From Camelus ferus (lineage: Eukaryota): DNA of 64,000 nt. The stretch lies in assembly GCF_009834535.1 (NCBI RefSeq), contig NC_045696.1, forward strand, positions 32,986,001 through 33,050,000, written 5' to 3'. Shown here piece after piece: positions 14,708-27,000 of this stretch. Position numbers and translations under genes: made by a program. Each line of letters opens with the position of its first letter. The stretch's first letter is position 1. A model generated the notes under the pieces. The model had not been told where the DNA came from. It ran no database searches and worked only from the letters and a program-made list of their open reading frames with translations.

Positions 14708-15734
14708 ATTTCTTAGAAAAGAAAATCCTACTTTCCAAGGTCTTAAATATCCTATATAAGGATATAATTCCCAGCAAATAGGGAATTAACTGGAATTGCT
14801 AAATATCAGTTGATTGTGATACAGAATCACATATAGGAAACTAAACTTGAAAAACTATGCTTTCTGTTTCTAACAGTGATAAGCCCAGTTTTACATGTAT
14901 TTTTGTAAGTTTAATTTCACAATTTTGGAACCATTTTATTGCTAAACTGAAATTTCTAAGAGAGTTTTCCATCACTTCTAAAAAAAAAACCCCATAAATT
15001 CCAAAATGAATGCAAAGTATCAATATAAGAGGCTTTATTGTTGAAGTGGCTCTTTGCATACATTCCAGTATCATATTTGGCTTAAACTTATTCTACTCTT
15101 CTCTTGATTATTTAACTCTTGATATTCCATGACTCTGAGTTACTAGGAAATTACGTTGGTGAGTTTTGCGTAAGAGGTACTTGATTCTCTTCACAAAATC
15201 TTCTATTCATTCCAGAATTTCCTACTCTTCTATTTTTTTGATATTGACATTGAAGTCTACTCCTAGATTTACCAAAGATTTCTCTTAACTTGAATTTAGT
15301 CTCAAACTTTACTAGCAATTTTTAGTCTATTATTTAATTCACTACTCCACATTTTTTTCTGAATTGATACTGAACTGTTGATAATGAACCTGCAGTCTGA
15401 ACTCTGACATAGAAAGTTTTGTAGATAGTTTTTATTAGATTTCAGTAAAAAATAAGTAAAAATTTCTTATCAACCTCACAAATAAGCAAATTAGCATTCT
15501 TAGTATAGTGCATGTCCTTAGAGATTTATCTTTTTTTAAATTATAATTGTTAATGCAAATTTGTCTTTGAAAATACATTTTAATACATAAGGACAATCAT
15601 TTTCTTTTAAAAATGATCTTAGAACATAATTTAAAATATTTACATAAAACGATTTTCAATTCTTACCATTTTACTAAAGTAGGAAATCATATGCAATGAA
15701 ATATATATTGTAAAATAATTCAAATTCTTAAATT

Positions 15735-15928
15735 AAAATCTATGCAGTGTTGGCTGCCCCTCTTTCTCCCTCTTTGGAGATGGCCCACATTCTGTCTATG
15801 GAATGTGTACCTACTTTTAATCTGAGCACCCAACCCCTACACCTCATGGCCTTTCTCTTGCCTTTCAATTTATCTCTCTGAATAAATCTACTTTCACTCA
15901 AAAAAAAAAAAAAAAAAACCTATGCAGT
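15735..15928 (+). mobile_element. L1-mediated retrocopy of an LTR-like transcript 3' end
   Basis: TSD aaaatctatgcagt (15735-15748) / aaaacctatgcagt (15915-15928) preceded by TT (TT/AAAA site); AATAAA at 15881-15886; A-tract 15900-15918. Confidence 0.8.
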
Positions 15929-17123
15929 ATTTATGATTTATCCCGGCTATGATCCTAGAAAGCTAGATCATTTTTCTTTAGGGTTTTCACTTCTTATTTT
16001 ATGGGGACAAAACATAATAGACTAGGCACTTGATAATAGAAATCCCCAGCAATGATTTCAGAGACAGAATTATATATTTTAGGACTTCTCTATACTAAGA
16101 TTTTAAATAAAACTATATGGTGATTTTCTAAATATCAGAAATTACTAATACTAAAAATTATTTGACATAATTTTCTCTTTGGAGTTCTTTATTAAAAGTC
16201 CAGTAACCCTGACTAACAGATGTTAAGCTCAGAAAGTTTTAATTCTGCAGTATTCTTCATGTTTTGTGCATTGTCAAGTAGAAGAGATTTCTAACATATT
16301 GCCAAATCTATTGGAAATTACTCACTTCCATGTTAACAGGCTAATTCCAGCAAGTCATGGGCTAATGCTTGATGATGAATAATAGTCTTTAAAGACACTT
16401 GGTGTATTTGCTGAATAATACTGCAGACTCAGCTATCTGTAAAGAACCTTCAGAGAAAGAACCTTATCTTTTTATTACTGTGACAGTAGGAGAGGGATGA
16501 GAGCAAGGATATATGAGAGATTCCCACTGGGACATAACCATTTAAATTACATATTATCTCTGCATTGTTCAAGTGGTACTTATCTGATCTTCAACCTCAA
16601 TCACTTGTTGTAGTTGCTAAGAATAGAAATTAAGGACAGGCTTTTACTTCTAACAGTTATGGGGAAACATAAAAAGCATAACCAAAAATGTTAGTTTAAA
16701 AATAGACATGCAAAGAAGCATTCTGTATAACCATATTATCTCTGAAATCTTAAAAAATCCTGGGACTGTATGTTGACTTATTTTGTTGATGAGATTAAAG
16801 GTAAAGGTTGCAATGTTTCCTTAATATATTATAAAAGTACATGCAGAACATTCATGAGTAGGGTCAAATAAATATAAGTGTTATAGATTACTTTCTCTGG
16901 AAGTTTTATATTTATCTATTTACATCTATATATATGCATCTGAAACTCGGAAAGTATATTCAGTGATGAATATGATAAATTTAAATTGATTTAAAACAAC
17001 TTCTAACAGATCAAGTTGTCTTTTTAAAAAAATAAATTGTACAAAACAGGGTGGGGGGTGGTCTACATGTTGTCTGAGACTCTTATTTTGAAAGTGAAGA
17101 TTTTAGGGAAAAATATGTGAAAT

Positions 17124-17739
17124 TGTTACCAGGAGGAGGGAAATAAAAGTTACCTTAGTTCTTTGTCACCCAGAAAAAATGAATTTTTAACAAGAGACAG
17201 AAAGCTTGATTAAAAACAGAAGATTTTATTTATTAGCAAAGTAAAAAGGTAGTAAAATATAGTACACCCCTGAGAATTGGGGGCGGGCCAGCCCAAGAGA
17301 GGAAAAATGGTGCTGCCCTTTGTTTTTCCTGTTCTTATATCCTTGCTTAGGGGGCATGTTAATGTTTGACTGATTATTGACAGCTTACTGTGTTCATTGA
17401 CTGCTCAGGCTGATTGATTGACGGACTTGTACTCAGGCATACCCATCTCTTTTACGCATGTTTTTACTCATTTTGTACACAGAGTCACCTATGGGATGGG
17501 GCTCAAACTGCAATGTTAATTACATTATAATGAGCACTGTGCCAAGTTAACTCAGGTCCTTCTCTCTACTGCGCAACCATAGCTTTCGATTCTAGCCAGC
17601 TTCTTTGCTGGCCCTCATTTAGAGAAAGTAAAAGGTTTTGGAGCACCTTATCCTGAGTGTAGGCTTACTGTTATTTTCTGGGTTGTTCCCTCCCCCTTCC
17701 TCTCCCTTTACCCAGTGCTCATTTCTGTCTAATGAATCA
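17124..17739 (-). mobile_element. Probable ERV solo LTR
   Basis: Block richer in GC than its flanks, starting tgttacc; antisense poly(A) signal (tttatt about 17225-17235), GC box ggggcgggc, antisense CCAAT-like ctgattg repeats; right end and TSD uncertain. Confidence 0.6.
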
Positions 17740-17949
17740 ATGAAATCTTTCCACAATAATTGTCTACATCCCACGGCTCTTTCTTCAATCCATCCACTAC
17801 GTATAGATGTCACATGATTTGTATATCTGCTATGAAGACAGTTTCTGTAGCTGGATTGGTCTGCAGTATTACAGCTTATCAGGAATAAACACCAACCTCA
17901 GGAAAGAGAATTCATCTTCAAAACATCTCAACATTAAGAATAAAAATAA

Positions 17950-20440
17950 GAAAAGAAAATGCAAAGATGTGCAAACAGAATTTAAAATTTCAATTTGCAG
18001 CCAATGAAAAATGTTTGCAATGAAAGAAGAGAAATAATATATGCTCTCCAAGGAAAACCATTTTCCCAGACATTTAAATGGAATTATTATAATAAAATGA
18101 AGAAAATATTATAAAGCTATCATTTTTTATTGTCAATCTTATAAAACTGTTCAGAATATCTGCTAAATAAGCACAAAGTGGAATTAAATAGAAAGTGTAG
18201 TTAAACCAAAGTCACAATCAAAAACAAAATCCTTTTGGAAGAAATAAGGTAAATCTATGGTAGAAAATCAAATCATCTAAACATGATAAACTTGGGAAGA
18301 ACAATGAAAACAAAACATAACCTAGTAAAATGATTATAATAATAGGAAAGAGGGAATGACATATATGAAACATAAAATGTGGAGTCTCTACCAGTGTGTA
18401 ATTGGATTTTCCAAGAAAGAAAATAGAAAGAAGAATAATTGTTAATCAAAAGTAGAGTGAAAATAAGAATGCATAAACCAAAAGACAAATGAACTAAATC
18501 TGATTTTAATAAAACAGTAGGTTTGCAAATGAAGCAAAATTCTGACTAGAGACAAACTACAAAATGTATCCAGCTAAAATATCAAAAAAAAAAAAAAAAT
18601 GGAAGACCAAAATTTTCTAATAGCAATCATGCAGAAAAAGTAGGTCACTTTAAAATGTGAATGATTTTTAAAGATTTTCTTTAAAGGAGAGGAGGCAAAA
18701 CAAACCTGAATGATGTTAGATCTATTTAGGAAGAAATGGAGGCAAAACAAATTGTCAAAACATTGACAAATTGGTTTCTATTATTATTAGTCAAAAGATA
18801 AAAACCAGGGATTTCTTTAGCCAGTTGAATGTTTATTCACAACAAAATAATACTTACTTAGATATTCATGGTTCAAGAATGTTGCTATCAGGAAATTTTC
18901 TTTTGACAAGATGTGTGCTTTATATCATCAAAGGATAAATACCTTTACTATCAACTTTCCAATAAATAAAAACTATAAAAGTAACTCTAGATATTAAAAT
19001 AAGTAAAGAGACCAACTAGTGTCAAAAGGAGAATTGTGGCAAGTCCATTTAAATTTCTGATGCATTTCTGAGATCATCAGAATCAGGATGAATTGTCATT
19101 ATTGTTTACAAAGCACTAGTGCAGTAGAAAAAAGAAAATATAATATTGAAAAGAAAAACCTTAAGGGAACAACTGAAATACTACTTAAAATAGTAGGAAA
19201 ATTAATGGAGTTTGATGGTCAGGAAACAAAAATGAAAAATATAATCTTGACAAATTCTAGACATAATGCTTTAGAAAATAGAGTACAAAAAATGGGAATA
19301 AAAAAGGCATAAAGTTAATGAAAAATTAGTAACATTTAAAAATATTGCAAAACCAATATTAATTTTTTCTAAATATTAAATATTAAAAATATTGTTTAAA
19401 AATGGGGAAGAACATTAATGAAAATATGCAGGTCCTGTATCAGAAAACTACACAACTTATTAAAATGCACTAAATATTTAAATAATTGAAGAATCATACC
19501 ATGCTCCTGCATGTGCACTATATAAAAGAAAAATCTATAGATTAGTACAATCCTAATAAATAATTTATTTTATTTTTGTTTCTTGTAGAAATATTCTGAA
19601 CTTGATCTAAGCTTTCTCCTCCAAGACATGAAAATGATTTTTAAAACTACGATACTAGTTTCTCCTCATGGAGAATAGACTGGAATATACAGAAACACAT
19701 AAAATAGGTAGACATTTAGTTTATGGTAAGTGACAAAACTATTGATGAAAGAAATAATATGGAGGACAACTGGCTGTCACAGAAGAATTAAACTCATATT
19801 TTATACCTTAGTCTCAAATCATAGACCAAAATATATTTTAGGTGGATTAAAATATAATAAAAATGATAAATAACAACAAAAATCTCTATGTGTATAATCT
19901 TACAGCAAAAGCCTTTCAAGTCATGACCCACAAGTCAGATATCATAACTAAAAACTTTGATAGATTTAATTACATAAAATTGTAAGACTTATCTATGGCT
20001 GAAGGAATTAGAAATGAAAAATAAATATAAAGAAATTGCTGAAAACGTTCATCCTTTTATGGAGAGAGCTCTTAAAACAGAAAAATTGAATAGAAAAAAA
20101 GTTAAGCTGCATAAAGAGGCATTTCAAAATTAATTAATTAATATGGGCAAAAGTATTTAGACATATCTATGTTAACATATAATTTAATAAATACAAAATA
20201 TTTAACACTTTCAATATTAGATTGGCAATTTTTCTTTTAATTGTAATACCTGATATTAGTACTACATGGAGAAAAAGAATCTCTCCAGTGCAGTTGGTGG
20301 AGGATGAATTTGTAATCATTCTGCAATATAATCTGGCAGTATTTATCAAAAGTCTTTTAAAAAGGTTTACATCCTCTGATCCAGCAATACCACTTCTCAC
20401 ATTTTACCTTCAGGAAGTAAGACAGGTACAGATGTCTGAA
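17950..20440 (+). mobile_element. Highly decayed ancient L1 (L1M-type) ORF2 remnants
   Basis: A-rich + strand with L1 landmarks (ataccatgctcctg, ggtggattaaaat, gatccagcaataccacttct). Confidence 0.6.
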
Positions 20441-22004
20441 CAAGGGTGACTTCTCAGTTCCCCAAAAGCGTGCTCAGTCCTGAGAGATATTCAGCAAATA
20501 AAATGAATACAATTTATGACTATATGGTTTTGAGTGGGAGCTTGAATAAGAGGGGGAATTTGAAACTGATTCTAAAGTATCCAAGCTAGGAATACAAATA
20601 GGGAATTCAGAGAAATGGTGGATTTATATTTTCCTTTTTTTTTTTTTTTTGTTTCTTTTGGATATTTATAGCCAATGCCAGGAATTAAGGGAAATACAAG
20701 AAATATATAATAAAAACATAAATTAACAATAGTTTCTGTAACAGAGTAACTTTCTAATGCCCAATGTTTTGAAAATAAAGCTTTTTATTTTCTTTAAGCT
20801 GTTTGACGATATATATATTCTTAGTTGGGCAATTTTTTTTTTCCAAGTGGATATTCAGTTACTCATGGCCTGACTTATTCTTGTTACTCTCTTATTTTCA
20901 ACTTGTAAACCTGAGATCACCCTGGAAGGTTACATACGGGAGCTTTTTATTGGCTGAGTCTTCTTTCAGTTGTCTAGAACACAAATCCCATGGTTACAGT
21001 CAACTGCAAGTGAAGCTGGTAAATGTTTAGCTCTGCACACTGAAAGAAAAGCAAACAAGTTAATTATCAGCTAGAAATCTCTGCCCCGATATACCATTTT
21101 GATCACCAAATATTTTTTCACCTTTTTTTTTTCTCACTCAAACCACTGCCAGACCCTATCCAAAGAGACAACTTGACGTCCCATCAAGTCAATATATCCA
21201 ACTTAAAGACCAAGGTCCTCAAATATGCCCAGTCCTCTTCATCATATCCAAATGCATTAGTCTAGGGACAAATGAACCAGAAGACACATTTTAATGCTTC
21301 TATCCATCCCATACATAAAACACTAGAAGAGAGCCAGGAAAAGCACTCCTTAATATAAATGCTCTCTTTTGGAAATAGAGGAAGAATGGGAAACACTGAG
21401 TAGTCACTGATCCATAATAATTATGAAAATATGCCAGATTGGCATGAAAAGGTCCCTCTGCCTTGGCAATAGTTGTAGTTCCCTGAAGAAAATGGATTCT
21501 TTTCTGTTCGTTCTTTGTTGCTTCTCCCTTATGGGAAATCCTGCCTTGTGGGAAATTCAGCCTTGTCAGTGATGCTCCGTGGCCAAATCAGAAGTGGGCA
21601 TTTGGGAATATGCCTTCTGTGGGGACTACACAGCCTCTTACTTTCACCAAGTTTGGGAGTCCAAAAATTGTTTGAAGTTTTAAATAGTCAGACATTTTTT
21701 TTTCTTTTTTCCATAGCTAGACATATGTTTTTTGACACAGTGGGTCCATTAAAAACAAAGTAGACTCCTAATCTATTTGTCAGATTTATGTGCCTATAAC
21801 CAGAGTTCAAGATTTTTGAAAGCATAATTACCAGGTGTAATTTCTTTCTTTACTTTATCCCTCCTCTATATCCCTCTTACAGGCCAAAATCAGCTCCTGT
21901 GAAGCTAAATTTGCAACGGGCTTGGGAGGGTAGGCAGTACACTCAATCTACCTTTGCCACAGGGCTGAGTCTTAGTGAATTTTGTTGCTCAAAACTTCAC
22001 TTAG

Positions 22005-22086
22005 GTTTTGTTTGTTTGTTTGTTTGTTTGTTTGTTTGTTTTTATTGAAGTATAGTCAGTTTACAATGTGTCCATTTCTGGTGTAC
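22005..22086 (-). mobile_element. (TTTG)n tail plus very short L1 3' end
   Basis: TTTG microsatellite followed by ttttattgaagtatagtcagtttacaatgtg...tttctggtgtac, the same 3' end as the L1 at 44.6 kb. Confidence 0.7.
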
Positions 22087-22349
22087 TTGTGCAGGTTTTA
22101 TCAATAGTTGATTTTCTAAACTTTTGAGTACCCAAATGTGGGTCTTTCTTTGATTTTTTCATTTGTTTGAAAACTGGCCATCCTTTACTGAGCTCAGCTC
22201 TTTCCTGTAATACCTTACTAAAGGCAGAATGTAAAAGTATACGATTAATCTAATCTTTCCAGCCACTTCCTTTAAAACTAAAAGTGCAACAGGCACTTAG
22301 TCTTCAATGTTGGGTAGTCATCATCCTCCTTCTATCAATAACACACCAC

Positions 22350-22870
22350 CATTTGCAACATCCCCCTCTCCTTGAAGTATGTCCTCCCCTTTGTCAACTA
22401 CAGTGTACTCTGCAGAATCTCTTCCTACCCCACTGTTCTCTCTCTCTCAGTCCACTCTGACTTCTTCAGGCTTTGAAATATGGGGGTTTTCAGGACTCAA
22501 TTTTCAGACCTTTTTCTCTCTCTATCAAGACTCACTCCCTTGAGGAGTTCATCAATTTTAGCTTTAAATAATATTTATATAATGATAGATCTTGTTATAA
22601 TCTCTGACCCCACCCTTTCCTAGGACATAATTGTATTTTTAACATGGGATAATTGTGTTTGTCACATTAAAAAATGCACACCCCCCATATTTTCAGATGG
22701 AGAAAAGGAGGAAGAAAAAGCATATAACTACACAAAATCGTTTATGTGTATTTGTTTATCCAGGTTCTCCCTTTAGATACAAAAGCAATGCCAACAGTGA
22801 TTAATGTGTCAAATGTTATACCCCCTAAGTATCTTGTACATTATAGGCACACAATAAATATCTGTTGACT
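22350..22870 (+). mobile_element. L2 LINE fragments
   Basis: Pyrimidine-rich L2-like text (ctcttcctaccccactg, actcactcccttgag, gctttaaata) and L2 3' end ataggcacacaataaatatctgttga. Confidence 0.55.
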
Positions 22871-23007
22871 AGATGATTGGTGTAATACTCATTAATAAAA
22901 TTTTATTTTCATGTGCCGATTTTCAAATGAACTCATTTGAAGACATATATGTACTCTATGTCTAAATAACACACTGACTAGAGCAATAATGTTCCTCTCT
23001 TTTCTAG

Positions 23008-23133
23008 ATCCCAATGCTCTGGCTGGCCAGACTGGCCCTGATCATGCTCTTATAGGAGGAATTGTGGCTGTAGTTGTATTTGTCACACTGTGTTCTATAT
23101 TTTTGCTTGGTCGATATCTGGCAAGACATAAAG
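23008..23133 (+). CDS. CADM2: Cell adhesion molecule 2 (SynCAM2/Necl-3), transmembrane exon
   Basis: Acceptor ttttctag at 23007, donor G|gtaggt at 23134; 126 nt encoding (D)[41 protein letters not shown](G), the CADM2 juxtamembrane and TM segment. Confidence 0.97.
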
Positions 23134-23932
23134 GTAGGTAATATTTAATAAAGTGTTCTTAAGTTTGGCCAAAAAATTCTGAAGATTAGCCTTATCATGA
23201 AATATTGTACGAGTGTGTGTATGAGACAGGGTGAGGGGAGAGAGAGAGATCTAAATACTAAATTACTTCAGAGAATTCTTGATTATTTTACTCCATGTTA
23301 AAGTTGGATTGGCTTAGCAAAATAATGTTGAGCCAGTGGCCAAAAGTCAGAGGCTCATTAAAAAAAAAATAATGATAATACAAGCAAGTTTGTACTTCAT
23401 CTCTAGGACTGAAATTTAACTATTTAACATTAAACATTTGGTCAGTGTTGTTGTTTGTAGGCTTCTGGACACATATGTGGCCATATTAGTGAGGAGAATA
23501 TGTGGTATTTTGCAATGGACTAGGTAGCAAACTACTGATATAATCTACTTTTAAATGGAATTACCAAACTGAATGTGGTGACATCTTTGATGTGACCGCT
23601 TTCAGCATCTTAACAAAGGACCCTTATTGCTACAGCTGCACAGATCACATAGTCTGTAGCCATCACTAAGGAAATTAAAGTACTCATTACTCATTCCTGT
23701 TTGGCTGTTGCCTCTAGTCAACTTGGCCACAGCTTCATCGACAACATAGACCTGAAACTTGAAAGAAAGCGTACAGCTTTAGCAGAGTGAACTATGTGGT
23801 TTCTTATGTCTCAGAATATGTTCCAACATATAAGAAATCTGGCATAAGTGTCTTCCTAAATGAATGTTGCTTGAATACTGGCTGCTTGACCGGTCTGACA
23901 GAACTAACGTACTTTTCTTCCAATGCCCACAG

Positions 23933-24051
23933 GAACATACTTAACAAATGAAGCAAAGGGAGCTGAAGACGCACCAGATGCTGACACAGCCATTATCAAT
24001 GCTGAGGGCAGCCAAGTCAATGCTGAAGAGAAAAAAGAATATTTCATTTAA
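23933..24051 (+). CDS. CADM2: CADM2 last coding exon (cytoplasmic tail with 4.1-binding and PDZ-binding motifs)
   Basis: Branch-like actaac 23903-23908, acceptor cacag at 23932; in phase with the previous exon: (G)[41 protein letters not shown] at 24049-24051. Confidence 0.98.
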
Positions 24052-27000
24052 AATACAGGCCAAGATTCTGAATTTTCCTTCCCAGGCTGGCTGCTGGAGA
24101 AAACTGGCTATCATCTTTCAGAATTCATTTCTACCATCTTCTGCTACCTTTATTAACTTCCATCCTGTACTGCTATCAGTAGCCAGTATATACCAACAAT
24201 CAGCTGTCAAAAGCATCATTCTTTAATTACTGTACCATCCATAATGCAGGACATTTCTTACTGCCTAAATTCCACACCATCGCTCTTTTAACATACAGTG
24301 CTTGAATATACAGCCTTAACAATGTTAATCATCTCCTTGGATCATGATATTGAATTGTTTTTATACATTGAAAAAAATGTATGCAGAGCCCCCGTCCCCC
24401 CTCATTTTTTATTCTCTTCGAATCATAGATCTTGGCAGTTTGCCACTGGACAGCTTTCACAAGGAACAGGATTAGGTAAAGACCTAATGTGCATATGTTT
24501 AATCAGATATTAGAGGTTTACAATGCTTTCTACATGTCTTTCTTCAAAGACATGTTTTGGAAGCATATGCCCTAGAAAACACAAACTGAAAAAAAAAAAC
24601 CCACTGTAGTGTAGATTCTGGAATGTTTGCGATTATACTGGTAAAGCTGTATCAATTTGCTATTTAAAAATATAGTATTTGATACAGAAGCCATGTGTCT
24701 GGAGTGCAATCATGACATGGTATCGTATATAATGATATAGATCCTACTATCAAGTTATTTTAGCTTCATATACCAATAAATTTTATGGCTTTGAGAGTCA
24801 CTGAGATTCCATTCATTTCTCTAATTTGATTCTGTAATTTATTTGCTCCACAAAGACTCACCTGCCTAAACAGAATTGAAATATCCATAGGGCACAATTT
24901 TGAGACATTTTAGTATCTGTATATAGTGCATATAATAAATCCAATTAAACATTATTTGATACATATTTAACTTTTTTGGCTGTAGGTAATTCAGTCATGA
25001 GTAAGCATTTTCTAATGTCCATTATATCCCTTTAGATATTACTTAAACCAATATTATAAGTAGATAACATGTATTAGTATTTTTGTCTGTATGTCCTAGC
25101 ACTGTTCAACAACAAATTTTTCTAGTTCTTGTTAATTTTTATTTGTTATACAATGGAAGCACAATGTTATAAGGAAAGGTAATTTTAAGCTAACAACCAG
25201 TGCACAGCCTCAGGTTTTAAATGACAACTACAGTTGAATAATAACCTAAAAATAAACTCTTAGTTTGCTAAAAATTTACAAATTTTAATTTGGCAGTTCC
25301 AGAGCTGCTTACCTATGTTGGTTTGCCAAAAAGAAGTGTTTAAGATATGTTTTCTGTATAAATGAACTAATTCTTTATATTAAATTCCTGTCTATGCATT
25401 TTGTGAGGTACAAACTTATGAAACAGTGAGTGATAGAGAATTTCTGCCATGCTTTTAACTCCAAGGTGAAAGTCTCTTTCTCTGGATTATTTCTGAAATT
25501 TTGATGTATTTAACCATTAAGAAATGCTGTATTCTTAAATATGACACAGAGTCAATCTAAAGTCATATTATTTCTCCTAAGAAAAATACGATATTACTAG
25601 ATTAGTTCTCATTAGACTTATTATATGCTGAAGATTAAAAAATCCAGTAAGGTAAAAATTATTTTCCCATTCAAAAGCATTGCACCTTTATGAAGAAAAC
25701 AAATGTGACAATGTGGTAGCTATTCTTGTGATGTCTGAAAGCATGATGGCCTATGGTTTTAAAAATAATATCTTGGAATTTATTTTTGGGAAATGAGAAT
25801 GGTTGAGTATGACATCATGTATTACTATCAAATGAAAGACAAGGGTGCTGTATCTTAGATTATTTATCAGAAAAGTATAAGTCTTTTAAGGACGTTAGAA
25901 TTTTTAAATTTTTTTGACTGTTGAAGCATTTATCTTGTTGATTTCTCACAAAAGAAAAAGGACGATGTCAGTCAAGCAGCACTTTTTCAGAATATACAGA
26001 ACATAAATAATATGATGTGGTTGAGTGTTAACATAATAAATCATATACAGTATGACATTTTAAGGAAATAAGTCTGCATTGATGTGATTGCATGCTTGTT
26101 TTTACAGTTCACTCCATACCATCTGTGGAAAAATGCAATAATATGTTAATATAGTATGGTAGTTTGAGAGAATCAGGTAGGTGCTACTAGACACATTGAA
26201 ACTAGAATAGGTTTATAAACTGTTCATAACTTTCAATGCATAATCTTTAGAAAGACTCCACAAAGCAAAATTCATCCTGTTAGTACAAAATGGAAGGGTT
26301 CTTATTAGAGAAGTAAGTTGTATAAACTGCATCATCAGTTACTATTTAAAGCCTAATTTCAGGATGCACTTACAAAATTGCTACTCTTCATTGATGCCGT
26401 ATTTACATCCCTCTTCATTTCATCTGTATTCTGCTCGGCTCCAACTGCTAAATTGTTGCCTAAATAACTCAATCATTATTTATAGCACTGTAAAATTAGA
26501 AACCCAAAATTGGTTGCATTTCAAGACTTTTGACTTTTAACCCTTTACAGTAATCTAAAAACTCATTAGAACTCTGTAAAAGAAACTAACTGGTTTGTGA
26601 GTGCTAATCAAATATTCTGCCAGTTAAAACAGATTTTGAATTAGGTATCATTTTCAATTACTGAAAGAAAATAGCAATGGAATTATATTTTCCTATCTTT
26701 AAAAATAACTTGATTTCCACCAAACAAGGAGATAAATTGTAGAAACTCTGCTCATTTCTAAAAAAAAAAATCGGAAAAAAATAGGAAATAACATTTCTAA
26801 ATGGACTGTGTCAATTGCAATGCCTGAAACGTACACACTTGTATGCCCAGAGAGCCCAACTCTGTCTTTGTTTAGTGACCACCATAGCCACAAAATTCAA
26901 TGGAAGGAGTGTGTACACACATACACACCCTTGGTAGAACATGGAACATTATTCTTTCCCCAAAGTAGCTATTCTCTGCCCATGTAATGTTTACAGTGTA

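Noticed and set aside
1..23007. Additional CADM2 exons, such as the Thr-rich alternative exon
   Set aside because: I found no matching coding sequence with splice sites; upstream exons appear to lie outside the window.
23948..24226. 92-aa + strand ORF overlapping the last CADM2 exon
   Set aside because: Wrong frame; the spliced frame ending EYFI* at 24051 matches CADM2.
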